Of a stretch of DNA of 64,000 bases, positions 46,805-55,469 are shown piece by piece. Source of the stretch: an uncultured Pseudomonadota bacterium. Lineage in GTDB: Bacteria; Babelota; Babeliae; Babelales; JACPOV01. The position numbers and the translations under genes are program-made. The DNA is taken from the NCBI GenBank assembly GCA_964620245.1, contig CAZUJC010000002.1:68-64067 (forward strand). Direction: 5' to 3'. The notes below the pieces were generated by a model. The model was not told where the DNA came from. It made no database searches and saw only the letters and a program-made list of their open reading frames with translations. Numbering within the stretch: the stretch's first letter is position 1; each line of letters begins with the position of its first letter.

Positions 46805-47245
46805 ATGCCAGGATACAGAACACATATAGTTGGAGGAATTCTTTCATGGGCAGCCTTATTATTGGCTCTTTCTCACTATTGTACTTCTGGATTCATTGCA
46901 GTTGAATGGCTATGCTGTGCGTGTTTTGGTAGTTTATTTCCTGATATTGATATTAAAAGCAAAGGACAGCAACTTTTTTATCGAATCTTAGCTATCGCGT
47001 TTGTTCTCATGCTCCTCAAAGGACGGTTTGTTGATATTGCGATGATGAGCGCATTAGCCCTATTTCCCCTCACTGTCAGGCACCGGGGCATCATGCACTC
47101 GTTCTGGTTCTTGCTCGGGTTATGTGCAGTTATTGTTTTCGCTGTCTGGTGCTGCGCTGAGCAATTTGCCCTTCTTGTTTTTTTTGACCTTCTTTTTTTT
47201 CTTGCAGGTGCTTGCAGTCATTTGTTTTTGGATTTTCGCAAGTAA
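46805..47245 (+). CDS. Membrane-bound metal-dependent hydrolase, YdjM/DUF457-like
   Basis: MPGYRTHIVGG.. start, ..LFPDIDIKSKG.., ..HRGIMHSFWF.., and 4-5 hydrophobic helices. ATG 46805 is preferred over TTG 46781. Confidence 0.5.
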   Translation: MPGYRTHIVGGILSWAALLLALSHYCTSGFIAVEWLCCACFGSLFPDIDIKSKGQQLFYRILAIAFVLMLLKGRFVDIAMMSALALFPLTVRHRGIMHSFWFLLGLCAVIVFAVWCCAEQFALLVFFDLLFFLAGACSHLFLDFRK

Positions 47246-48154
47246 TTGAGGGCCGTGCACTTGAATATCGCGCTCAATCAATAATCGAGCAATATTCTGG
47301 TGGCGACTTTCAAGATAATATAAATTAATAGGATCGATATGAATGGTATCAGTTAAGATAGATAATGCATATTCAATTTCTTGCTTCAATTCGCTGGCAA
47401 ATAGATAATGATCTTTTTTGAATCTTTCGTAACTCAGCGTCATGAAACGTTTAATATGATTTTTATAGAGCAAAAAAATAATTTTGTGTTTGTGCTTTTT
47501 CAAGAGTGTTTCATAATCATCAAGTGAAAATTGTAATAAACGTGTGAAATCATCCGAAGACACAAAACTATTCTGATCAAAAAAAGATGATTCTAAAAAA
47601 AAATTATTAAATTCGGAACATATTTTTTGTGGTTCTGTAAGGAAGAAACCGAATGTTATGTAAGCGTGGTAATAGAAAGGAGATTGGTTGCGTAATTCTT
47701 GAAATGAAAGACAACGAGTCTTAATGTTAGTACCAAGCGCTGTTTGTTGCAGTAAAAAGGGAAAAGCTACTGCATTTTGTTCTTCTGCAAACGATATTGT
47801 GCGTTCTAGAATGTCTACAGCCGAAGGTGCGAATGTTTTTTCATAGATAAAATGATTTGCATCTTTGATGTAACAAGTATCACGTAATTTTTCAAATGTT
47901 GTTAAATACAAAAGTTGGATGGATTTAGTTTGCATGTAATGCAGTGAGTCAAAGTCTGTTTTTAAAAACGTATTAATTTTATCTTCGAAAACCGTCTCAG
48001 TTGTTTTGTCGGGATTTATTAAATCGAGAATGCTTTTTCCGATAGGTTTTTCATATTTTTTAATTGTTTTTGTTGATAATAATTTGTTTGTTTCCATAGG
48101 AAAATTAATTTGACTGTAAAATAGAAGTGAAACAATAATGGTTAAGTAAAACAT
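47120..48154 (-). CDS. Hypothetical protein with hydrophobic N-terminus and lysine-rich C-terminal tail
   Basis: 344 aa. MFYLTIIVSLLFYSQINFP.. leader and C-terminus ..TCKKKKKVKKNKKGKLLSAAPDSENNNCT. No family recognised. The last 126 nt overlap the convergent YdjM-like gene. Confidence 0.5.
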   Translation of the reverse strand: MFYLTIIVSLLFYSQINFPMETNKLLSTKTIKKYEKPIGKSILDLINPDKTTETVFEDKINTFLKTDFDSLHYMQTKSIQLLYLTTFEKLRDTCYIKDANHFIYEKTFAPSAVDILERTISFAEEQNAVAFPFLLQQTALGTNIKTRCLSFQELRNQSPFYYHAYITFGFFLTEPQKICSEFNNFFLESSFFDQNSFVSSDDFTRLLQFSLDDYETLLKKHKHKIIFLLYKNHIKRFMTLSYERFKKDHYLFASELKQEIEYALSILTDTIHIDPINLYYLESRHQNIARLLIERDIQVHGPQLLAKIQKQMTASTCKKKKKVKKNKKGKLLSAAPDSENNNCT

Positions 48155-48173
48155 AGATGTATGATCCTGAATC

Positions 48174-49022
48174 TCATAAAATATTGGAAAATAATGATAA
48201 CGAATTTTGTGTAGTTTCTTTCGAAATACGTTCTAGAGTTTCATTGCGTAATTGGCCCAAGAATTCTGCAATTTGTGCAATATACTGTGGATGATTTTCT
48301 TTGCCGCGCATCGATTGTGGTGGCAAATACGGAGCATCGGTTTCCAAAATAATTGATTCAAGAGAAACAGTAGAAAATACTTTGCGCAATTCTTCATTTT
48401 TCGGATACGTAAGCGGACCGCCAATACCAAGCACAAATGAACGGGAAATACATTCTTGAGCAAATCGAAGATCTTCAGAAAAACAATGAATAACACCTTT
48501 CAAATTGTGATTGCGAAATTCATCAATAACATTCAACGTTTCTTGAGCAGCGGATCGCGTGTGCACAATAAGTGGTAAATTATATTTCAGTGCGAGTTCA
48601 ATTTGTGCACGAAATGCATCTTTTTGTCGTTCAGTATTAAAATCTGGATAGTGAAAATCGAGTCCACATTCGCCAATTGCAACGATTTTTTTTTGTGTGT
48701 CATTGATAATTAATTGTTCAATTTCTTTCAGATCATTTTTCCATTCAGGTGTGCAATCGTTAGGATGAATGCCAACAGCTGCCGAACATTGATCGAAAGT
48801 TTGTGCCAACAGGACACAATTTTTACTTTCAATAAAACTCGTGCCGACATTAATAATTCGTGTTACTTGGTGTGCAATTGCTTGATCGACAATTTTTTTT
48901 GCATCGACAAGATGTTCCTGAGTTAATGGTGTGTCAAAGTTTTTTTTCACCATAATGTTGATATGGCAATGTGTGTCAATCATCTCTAGATTGACTTTTT
49001 CGAGTGTTTTGTTGTTGTGCAT
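48174..49022 (-). CDS. tatD: TatD-family metal-dependent hydrolase/DNase
   Basis: IDTHCHI, GECGLDFHY, LPLIVHTR, GVIHCFSE and ILETDAPYLPP are the TatD ligand blocks. An AGGA SD lies upstream of ATG 49022. Confidence 0.88.
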   Translation of the reverse strand: MHNNKTLEKVNLEMIDTHCHINIMVKKNFDTPLTQEHLVDAKKIVDQAIAHQVTRIINVGTSFIESKNCVLLAQTFDQCSAAVGIHPNDCTPEWKNDLKEIEQLIINDTQKKIVAIGECGLDFHYPDFNTERQKDAFRAQIELALKYNLPLIVHTRSAAQETLNVIDEFRNHNLKGVIHCFSEDLRFAQECISRSFVLGIGGPLTYPKNEELRKVFSTVSLESIILETDAPYLPPQSMRGKENHPQYIAQIAEFLGQLRNETLERISKETTQNSLSLFSNIL

Positions 49023-49193
49023 ATTGTCCTTTTGGTTAATTTTTTATTTTTCATCACGCTCTATTTTAACGAAATTTGACAAACGTTTAAATCGAATTAG
49101 GCTATGTGATGATGTCATAGGAAAACATAGGAAGAAAAAAGTAGAGTCGAATGAAGAAGCAGTGTTTAACCAATCATACTTTAGGAGTTCTTT

Positions 49194-49472
49194 ATGAACA
49201 AAAGTCAGCTCATTGACTCCTTGAGCGAAGAAACTCTCTTTACAAAAAAAGATGTTACTCGCTTATTGGATAGTTTAGCTGGTATTGTCAAACGTGCACT
49301 AAAAAATGGCGATAAAGTGCAATGGGCAAGTTTTGGAACTTGGTCCGTTTCGCGTCGTCCTGCACGTAAAGGTATTAATCCAGCAACTAAGCAGCGCATT
49401 GATTTGCCTGCGGTAAACGTTCCGAAATTTAAACCGGGAAAAGCGTTACGTGAAGTTGTAAGATCAATTTAA
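49194..49472 (+). CDS. hup: DNA-binding protein HU
   Basis: 92 aa. MNKSQLIDSLSEET.......V..LLDSLAGIV..AL..GDKVQ...FGTW.V..R.AR.G.NP.T...I...A...PKFKPGKAL.. is canonical HU/IHF. Confidence 0.93.
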   Translation: MNKSQLIDSLSEETLFTKKDVTRLLDSLAGIVKRALKNGDKVQWASFGTWSVSRRPARKGINPATKQRIDLPAVNVPKFKPGKALREVVRSI

Positions 49473-49507
49473 TGTATCGGTAATTTCAAAAAAGCTTTAC
49501 CTGCGCA

Positions 49508-49538
49508 AGGGCCGTCAAACGACGGCCCTTCTTTTTTT
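49508..49538 (+). terminator. Rho-independent terminator downstream of hup
   Basis: AGGGCCGTC (49508-49516), AAAC loop, GACGGCCCT (49521-49529): a perfect 9-bp GC-rich stem followed by TCTTTTTTT. Confidence 0.85.
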
Positions 49539-49607
49539 ACTATTCAATTCTTGTTTTTTGCAGTATTTTTAATAAAAATAACACACGCTCTCAAGTTGAG
49601 GTTGCAT

Positions 49608-50840
49608 ATGATAGATTTAGGGCTCCTGCGAGAACATCCGGAAAAAATTATCACATTATTAGCAATTAAAGAGCCATCTTTTGATGCGCGCGCATTACTG
49701 CAAAAAGATGAACAGCTACGTTCGTTGCGCTCGGAAGTTGAGCAGTTGCGCCATCAAAAAAATCAATTGGCAAAACAAGCACAAGGGGGCATTACTCCAG
49801 CAATTCGTGAAGAATCGATTGCGGTGAGTTCGCAACTGAAAAAAATTGAAACAGCACTTGAGCAATGCCAACTTGAATTTAATGAATTATATTTACGGTG
49901 CCCTAATATCCCAGCCTCGGATATTCCACTTGGTGGCAAAGAATCAAATAAGGTAGTCAAAGAAGTTGGTTCTAAACCCAATTTTAATTTTACACCAAAA
50001 AATCACGTTGAACTTGGCGAATCACTGGGTTGGTTTGATTTTGCTAAAGCAGCAAAAATGACTGGCAGTAATTTTGTGTTTTACAAAGGAGATGGCGTAA
50101 AACTGATTTATGCACTATCCATGTTCATGCTCAAGCACAATCAAGAACATGGCTATAATTTGGTACTGCCCCCCTATTTAATAAATGAAGAGTCGCTTAC
50201 TGTTGCAGGTAATTTTCCCAAGTTTAAAGACCAGGTGTATGCAACAAAAGACGATCCTTATTTTTTAATTCCAACTGCTGAAGTGAGTTTGACCAATCTG
50301 TACCGTGATCATATTTTTGAAGCGACAGATTTGCCAGTAAACTTAACTGCATGGACCAGTTGTTTTAGAAGAGAAGCTGGATCTTACGGTGCTACCGAAC
50401 GTGGTTTGATTCGTATTCATCAGTTTGAAAAAGCTGAAATCTATACGTTTTGCACACCAGAAGATGGTGAAAAAGAGTTGAATCGCATTGTTGCATGTGC
50501 TGAAGGGTTGCTGCAAAAATTGGGACTTCATTATCGTGTTTCATTATTAGCAGGGCAAGATTGTTCATTTCAATCTGCAAAAACGTTTGATATTGAAGTA
50601 TGGGTTCCTAGCCAGGGGTATTATGAAGTTTCTTCATGTAGCAATTGTACCGATTTTCAAGCACGTCGCGGCATGATTCGTTATCGCGAAGCGGTAGGTG
50701 AAAAAACAAAATTAGTGTACACACTCAACGGTTCATCGTTGGCGATTCCGCGACTGATGGTGGCGCTCATGGAAACATATCAACAACCTGATGGTACAAT
50801 TGCCATTCCGGATGTGCTCAAAAATTATGGTGTTTGGTAA
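49608..50840 (+). CDS. serS: Seryl-tRNA synthetase
   Basis: MIDLGLLREHPEKI start, an N-terminal coiled-coil arm, and class II motifs (..FRREAGSYG..TRGLIRIHQFEKAE.. and ..TLNGSSLAIPRLMVALMETYQ). ATG 49608 is preferred over ORF-track 49551. Confidence 0.93.
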   Translation: MIDLGLLREHPEKIITLLAIKEPSFDARALLQKDEQLRSLRSEVEQLRHQKNQLAKQAQGGITPAIREESIAVSSQLKKIETALEQCQLEFNELYLRCPNIPASDIPLGGKESNKVVKEVGSKPNFNFTPKNHVELGESLGWFDFAKAAKMTGSNFVFYKGDGVKLIYALSMFMLKHNQEHGYNLVLPPYLINEESLTVAGNFPKFKDQVYATKDDPYFLIPTAEVSLTNLYRDHIFEATDLPVNLTAWTSCFRREAGSYGATERGLIRIHQFEKAEIYTFCTPEDGEKELNRIVACAEGLLQKLGLHYRVSLLAGQDCSFQSAKTFDIEVWVPSQGYYEVSSCSNCTDFQARRGMIRYREAVGEKTKLVYTLNGSSLAIPRLMVALMETYQQPDGTIAIPDVLKNYGVW

Positions 50841-50845
50841 TAATT

Positions 50846-51721
50846 ATGAGTAGAAAAATTAGCCCTGAAATTGCGCGCAAAGTGCGCCAAATTGAGATTC
50901 GTACTCGCCGGTTGCTTTCCGGTTACCAAATTGGTCAGCATAAAGCTGCACAAAAAGGGTACGGGCTTGAGTTTGAGCAACTAAGCGATTATCAATTTGG
51001 ACACGATGTTCGTTTTATCGATTGGCGAAGTTCTGCGCGAATGAATAAATTGCTTGTGCGTGAATATCGAGACGAACGATCGCGCACAATTTTAATTGCA
51101 TTTGATTGTTCAGCATCAACTCTCTATGGTGCGCAACGTTCTAAGAATGATTTAATGATCGATATTGCAACGGTGTTGATCATGGCTGGATCATTTCACC
51201 AAGATCAGGTGGGGCTTGTTTTATTTTCTGATCAAATAGAGTTGTATGTGCCGCCACGCAGATCGCGTGAACATGTGCATTTTTTATTTCGTCAACTGTG
51301 TGAGCTCAATCCAAAACATGTAAAAACGAATACTGCAGCCGTGTTTGACTTTATTGCAAAGCTACGGCGAACCGATGCGGTAGTGTTTGTTGTTTCCGAT
51401 TTTATTGATTCTGGTTTTGAAAAACAGCTAAGAATGGTGAATAAGCGTAATGAAGTGGTTGCTATTCGATGTCTTGATCAATACGAGCGAAAATTGCCTG
51501 CAGTTGGTTTGGTGCGTTGCATTGATAGTGAGACGAATCGAGAACTTATTATTGATTCAAGTAATAGTAGCAATTCATTGATAAATAGCATGCTTCAGGA
51601 GCGCATAATTGAACAAGATCGTTTATTTAGTTCATGCGCTGTTGATGTGATTGATATTGATGACGAACATAAAATGATTGAAAAATTAATTCGGTTTTTT
51701 CATACACGTGCTCACGCATAG
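50846..51721 (+). CDS. DUF58-family protein (MoxR/Bat-operon associated, vWA-like)
   Basis: ..VRQIEIRTRRLLSGYQIGQHKAAQKGYGLEFEQLSDYQFGHDVRFIDWRSSARMNKLLVREYRDERSRTILIAFDCSAS is the DUF58 signature. ATG 50846. Confidence 0.72.
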   Translation: MSRKISPEIARKVRQIEIRTRRLLSGYQIGQHKAAQKGYGLEFEQLSDYQFGHDVRFIDWRSSARMNKLLVREYRDERSRTILIAFDCSASTLYGAQRSKNDLMIDIATVLIMAGSFHQDQVGLVLFSDQIELYVPPRRSREHVHFLFRQLCELNPKHVKTNTAAVFDFIAKLRRTDAVVFVVSDFIDSGFEKQLRMVNKRNEVVAIRCLDQYERKLPAVGLVRCIDSETNRELIIDSSNSSNSLINSMLQERIIEQDRLFSSCAVDVIDIDDEHKMIEKLIRFFHTRAHA

Positions 51722-51732
51722 GAATAAAGAGT

Positions 51733-52245
51733 ATGGACAAACAATCAGGTATTGAATTGTATGAGCTGTATGGATGGTGGTATCAACCAGTGTGGTATCA
51801 TCCGTTAGCAAGATTTTTTTATTGGTTATTAATAGGTATTTTAATAATAGCAACCTGTTTTTTTGTGTATCGTTTTTTTAAAAAAAGAGCTGCGCAAAAA
51901 TTGCGCGAGCCGTGGCAAGATGCATTGAGTGAGTTGCAAGCGATTAATTTGATATTATTTGAAGATCCAGAAACCCATAAACTATTTTATGCACAATTGA
52001 CTGCATTGCTAAAAAAATATTTAGGCAGACGATATCAATTACTGCTTGATGACAAAACTGATCATGAAGTTATTGAACATATTTCATCATCGCCGCTACC
52101 GTTGGATTTGCAAGAACATGTTCGCATGCTTTTTTGCGGCGCGCAACTTATAAAATTTGCTCATCAAGAAGGTGCGCAAGATCGCATGCGGTACGATCTG
52201 ATGCGGGCTATTGATATAGTAAGAAATACGATTCCAAAAAAATAA
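51733..52245 (+). CDS. Single-pass membrane protein, DUF4381-like (Bat-operon accessory type)
   Basis: 170 aa. W-rich N-terminus, one TM (FFYWLLIGILIIATCFFVYRFF), then a helical cytoplasmic part. Its position directly after DUF58 matches MoxR/Bat clusters. Confidence 0.4.
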   Translation: MDKQSGIELYELYGWWYQPVWYHPLARFFYWLLIGILIIATCFFVYRFFKKRAAQKLREPWQDALSELQAINLILFEDPETHKLFYAQLTALLKKYLGRRYQLLLDDKTDHEVIEHISSSPLPLDLQEHVRMLFCGAQLIKFAHQEGAQDRMRYDLMRAIDIVRNTIPKK

Positions 52246-52275
52246 TTATTGTTATTTAGTCGAGGGGGATTTTTT

Positions 52276-53430
52276 GTGCATTTTGATACTACTGTTGCTC
52301 CGCGTTCGCTTTATATTCATTGGCCCTTTTGTCCGTACAAATGCCACTTTTGCAATTTTGTAGCTTTAGCAGCTCATGATGAATACATGGCAGATTATCA
52401 CAAAGCACTTGTTAAAGAAATTGAGGTTTTTTTTTCTTCTCTTGATTCGAAATTGACGATTGATACGCTTTATCTGGGCGGAGGCACACCAAGCACCTAC
52501 CCATTACCGCTCCTACTTGACACGTTTGGTACACTAAAGAATGTCGTCACCTTTTCGCCTGATTGTGAGATGAGCATAGAAGTGAATCCTGGCACTGTAT
52601 CGGAAGAACAGCTTGTTGCGTGGCGTGAAATAGGTATTAATCGTATCAGTATTGGGGTACAAAGTTTGAACGAGATGGTATTAAAACGATTGAATCGACA
52701 CCAGTCAACAAAGGATGTTGGTGAGGTGCTTGAAAAGGCGCACCGTCTCTTTCCTGCACTTTCGATCGACTTAATTTTGGGTTTACCAGGTGTTTCGGAG
52801 CAACAATGGAAAGAAACATTGGCTCAAGTGGTACAGTGGCCTATAGCTCATATTTCGATCTATTTTTTGATGGTGCATGAGCAAACACCGCTCTATTTTG
52901 GTGTAAAGACGAACAAAATAACCCTGCCACCCGATGATGAAGTAGTTGATTTGTACTATTGGTCGATCGATTATTTAACTGCACACCAGTTCGAACAGTA
53001 TGAAATTTCCAATTTTGCTCGACCCGGTTTTGAGTCGCGGCATAATAAAGCATATTGGGATCGCGTGCCATTCAAAGGATTCGGGCTTGGTGCCTGTTCA
53101 TTTGACGGCAATCGACGCTTCCAAAATGAAAAAAATTTGATGAATTATATGAATAACATAGGAGAAGGGAAAGATGTAATCTATTTTTCTGAACAATTAA
53201 CGCGCGAACAAATTTGGCTTGAAACGTTGATGCTTGGTCTGCGCCAAAAAAATGGAATGGTGTATGAAGAGCTCATCAATTTTTTACGTGACGATGAAAA
53301 AGAACGTTTCAGAGGGCAAGTTGCGTTATTGTGTGATCGTTCTTTGATGAAATGTGAAAATGGACGATTACAATTATTGCCGCTTGCACTTGCGGTTGAA
53401 AATGAGGTTGTCGAAAAATTATCGATGTAA
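52276..53430 (+). CDS. hemW: Radical SAM heme chaperone HemW / HemN-like oxygen-independent coproporphyrinogen oxidase family
   Basis: LYIHWPFCPYKCHFCNF (CxxxCxxC), ..LYLGGGTPS.., ..EVNPGT.., ..GINRISIGVQS.., and a HemN C-terminal domain. The GTG at 52276 lies 6 nt after a GAGGGGGA SD; the ORF track uses TTG 52249. Confidence 0.82.
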   Translation: MHFDTTVAPRSLYIHWPFCPYKCHFCNFVALAAHDEYMADYHKALVKEIEVFFSSLDSKLTIDTLYLGGGTPSTYPLPLLLDTFGTLKNVVTFSPDCEMSIEVNPGTVSEEQLVAWREIGINRISIGVQSLNEMVLKRLNRHQSTKDVGEVLEKAHRLFPALSIDLILGLPGVSEQQWKETLAQVVQWPIAHISIYFLMVHEQTPLYFGVKTNKITLPPDDEVVDLYYWSIDYLTAHQFEQYEISNFARPGFESRHNKAYWDRVPFKGFGLGACSFDGNRRFQNEKNLMNYMNNIGEGKDVIYFSEQLTREQIWLETLMLGLRQKNGMVYEELINFLRDDEKERFRGQVALLCDRSLMKCENGRLQLLPLALAVENEVVEKLSM

Positions 53431-53513
53431 CGGGGACAGTCTGAAGGGGACATGACTCTCACAGTAAGAGAATTCTTCATTTAATGAGAAAATATATTGT
53501 AAAGGATTTAATC

Positions 53514-53972
53514 ATGGCAAAACATGTTGGTGTAAAGCTTCCTGAAGATTTAATAAAAGTACTTAAAAAAGGTACCGTTGGTACGTTGGCAACTTTTTCT
53601 GAAAAAGGTTTACCTCATACAACACCAATTCAATGTGTGTATCCAAAGGGTCTTGAAAGTATTTTAATGACGATTCACAAAGATCATACTGGCTACCATA
53701 ATATGGTTTGGCAAAAAAAAGTGATGATTGGTTTTCTTGATGAAGGTAACGTTGCGTATAGTGTTTTAGGACGTGCTGGTGTTGTGCGAGCGCCATCTCT
53801 TGTACATCCATTGATGAATGTAGTGCGCATCGATATTATTGACATTAAAAGTGATCGTTCAACTTTGACACGTGTTGAAAGTGGTGTACGCTGGAGTTAC
53901 GCGTCGTGGGAAGCTGAAGAGCTTTCAAAAGGGTTGATAAATGAACTTAAAGAGTTGTCTGAGTCGTTGTAA
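53514..53972 (+). CDS. Pyridoxamine-5'-phosphate-oxidase-like (split-barrel flavin-binding) family protein, putative
   Basis: ..LKKGTVGTLATFSEKGLPHTTPIQCVY....ILMTIHKDHTGYHNMVWQKKVMIGFLDEGNVAYSVLGRAGVV resembles the PNPOx-like fold pattern. ATG 53514 follows an AAAGGA SD; the ORF-track start is 53484. Confidence 0.4.
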   Translation: MAKHVGVKLPEDLIKVLKKGTVGTLATFSEKGLPHTTPIQCVYPKGLESILMTIHKDHTGYHNMVWQKKVMIGFLDEGNVAYSVLGRAGVVRAPSLVHPLMNVVRIDIIDIKSDRSTLTRVESGVRWSYASWEAEELSKGLINELKELSESL

Positions 53973-53991
53973 AAAAGGAAGTGGAGTGCCT

Positions 53992-55449
53992 ATGAAAGAA
54001 GCGAAATATTCGCTCATCTTAATTGTTTTCTTTTTATGGCAAAATAATACTTTTTGTGCGTTGGCGCCTGCAGGAACCCCTAGTCCACAGCAGGTGCTGC
54101 AGCAAGCGCAAGAACTAAAGGCCCTAGAAGAAAAAAAACAGGAAGAGGCAGCAAAAAATGCCGCGCAAAAAATGACCAACGAGCAAGAAGCGGCACAGAA
54201 AATGCAGCAAGAAAAAAAAGCTGCTGAAGAAAAAAAAGTAGAAGAGGATAAAGCAGCGCAAGAACTTAAGAAAAAAAATGAAGCAGCGGCTAAGATTGCA
54301 ACAGAAAAGGCAGCAGCTGAACAACAATTAAAAAAACAGCAAGAACAAGCTCAAGCAGCGCTCAAAAAAGAAACTGCAGGGGCACCTGAAGCACCAAAAG
54401 TATTAGAACCAGTAAAAATTGAGCAAAAAGAATTAGAGCCGCGAGTCGAGGAACCGCTCGGAACTATTGATACAGTTAATATTGAAGAAGGTGGCAACTG
54501 GTTATTAAAAAGAAAAGCGCTTGAAGATACCATTGATACGATTGAAAAATCAAACGGCGTGTTTACGCAAATTCTTGAATCACGCATGAATTACAAAATT
54601 AAGCAAAATCAACTTGATAGTGAATATGACAAATTTGTTTCCGAAGTTGGGTTTGACATTGGTGATGCGGAGAAATTGCTTGCCGATTTAACTGAGCGTG
54701 TTAATCAAGAACGTGTAACACAGGGTGATTTGACAGAACCTGAACGTGAGCTGCTCACTGCAATTACCGAAAAACAAAATGAACTTAAATCGTTGCAAGA
54801 AAGTTTGGAAACAATCGGGCAAATTGAAAAAAAGATTATCGATGTTATGACGACGATCGATAATCAGATTAAAATTTCCAATACCTATCAAAATCAGGCG
54901 TGGAAAAATTTCCAAGAAATTAAACAGGTACTCAGCGATGAACGAGCTGAAGAACTCTATTATAACACTGATGGTATCTACAAAAGTTTGCAAGAAATTT
55001 ATACCTATCTTAAAGGAACACTAGCTTCCTATTTTAATGAGCAAATTCAAGCGATGCGCGATCAAATGTCAAAAGTCAAAGCGTCGGTTAATTCTTTGCA
55101 ACAAAAAGGAATCGATTTAAAAGCAGAGTTTGAGAAACTTGAAAAACAAGATCTTGAGATTGACCAAAAACGGATGAAAGAAGAAGTTGAGCAGGATGTT
55201 GAACAGAAATTAAAAGCAATAATGGAGCGAGAGAAAAAAGAGCAAGCATCACGTGGTTGGTGGTCATTCGTAAAAAAATCGTTTTCCAATTTTTTCAGTT
55301 TAATTGGTAATTTTTTTACTGGTTTGTGGGATAAAATTGCAAGTTTGTGGCGTAAACCTATCCAGCCTGTTCTAGAGGCTGTAACAGTACCGCACGAAGT
55401 GCCCCATGCAACTGAACCTTCAAATACGGAGCAACCAGTTACTACTTAA
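53992..55449 (+). CDS. Secreted coiled-coil hypothetical protein with K/E/A/Q-rich low-complexity region
   Basis: ATG 53992 follows AAGGAAGTGGAG. Signal peptide MKEAKYSLILIVFFLWQNNTFCALA, then about 110 aa of K/E/A/Q repeats, a long heptad-rich region, and a C-terminal amphipathic/aromatic segment WWSFVKKSFSNFFSLIGNFFTGLWDKIASLW. Confidence 0.6.
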   Translation: MKEAKYSLILIVFFLWQNNTFCALAPAGTPSPQQVLQQAQELKALEEKKQEEAAKNAAQKMTNEQEAAQKMQQEKKAAEEKKVEEDKAAQELKKKNEAAAKIATEKAAAEQQLKKQQEQAQAALKKETAGAPEAPKVLEPVKIEQKELEPRVEEPLGTIDTVNIEEGGNWLLKRKALEDTIDTIEKSNGVFTQILESRMNYKIKQNQLDSEYDKFVSEVGFDIGDAEKLLADLTERVNQERVTQGDLTEPERELLTAITEKQNELKSLQESLETIGQIEKKIIDVMTTIDNQIKISNTYQNQAWKNFQEIKQVLSDERAEELYYNTDGIYKSLQEIYTYLKGTLASYFNEQIQAMRDQMSKVKASVNSLQQKGIDLKAEFEKLEKQDLEIDQKRMKEEVEQDVEQKLKAIMEREKKEQASRGWWSFVKKSFSNFFSLIGNFFTGLWDKIASLWRKPIQPVLEAVTVPHEVPHATEPSNTEQPVTT

Positions 55450-55469
55450 AAATAAAAGACTCTTGCGTA

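Noticed and set aside
47120-47170. Polybasic tail plus a Cys near the C-terminus as a eukaryotic-style CaaX prenylation signal
   Set aside because: The protein ends ..NNNCT*, so the Cys is the second-to-last residue. A CaaX box needs the Cys fourth from the end, and there is no CC/CXC Rab-type motif either.
54100-54400. Repetitive A/G-rich DNA (gaagaaaaaaaa-type) considered as a tandem repeat or CRISPR-like array
   Set aside because: The repeats are irregular, lie in one open reading frame and encode the K/E/A/Q low-complexity segment. There is no repeat-spacer periodicity.
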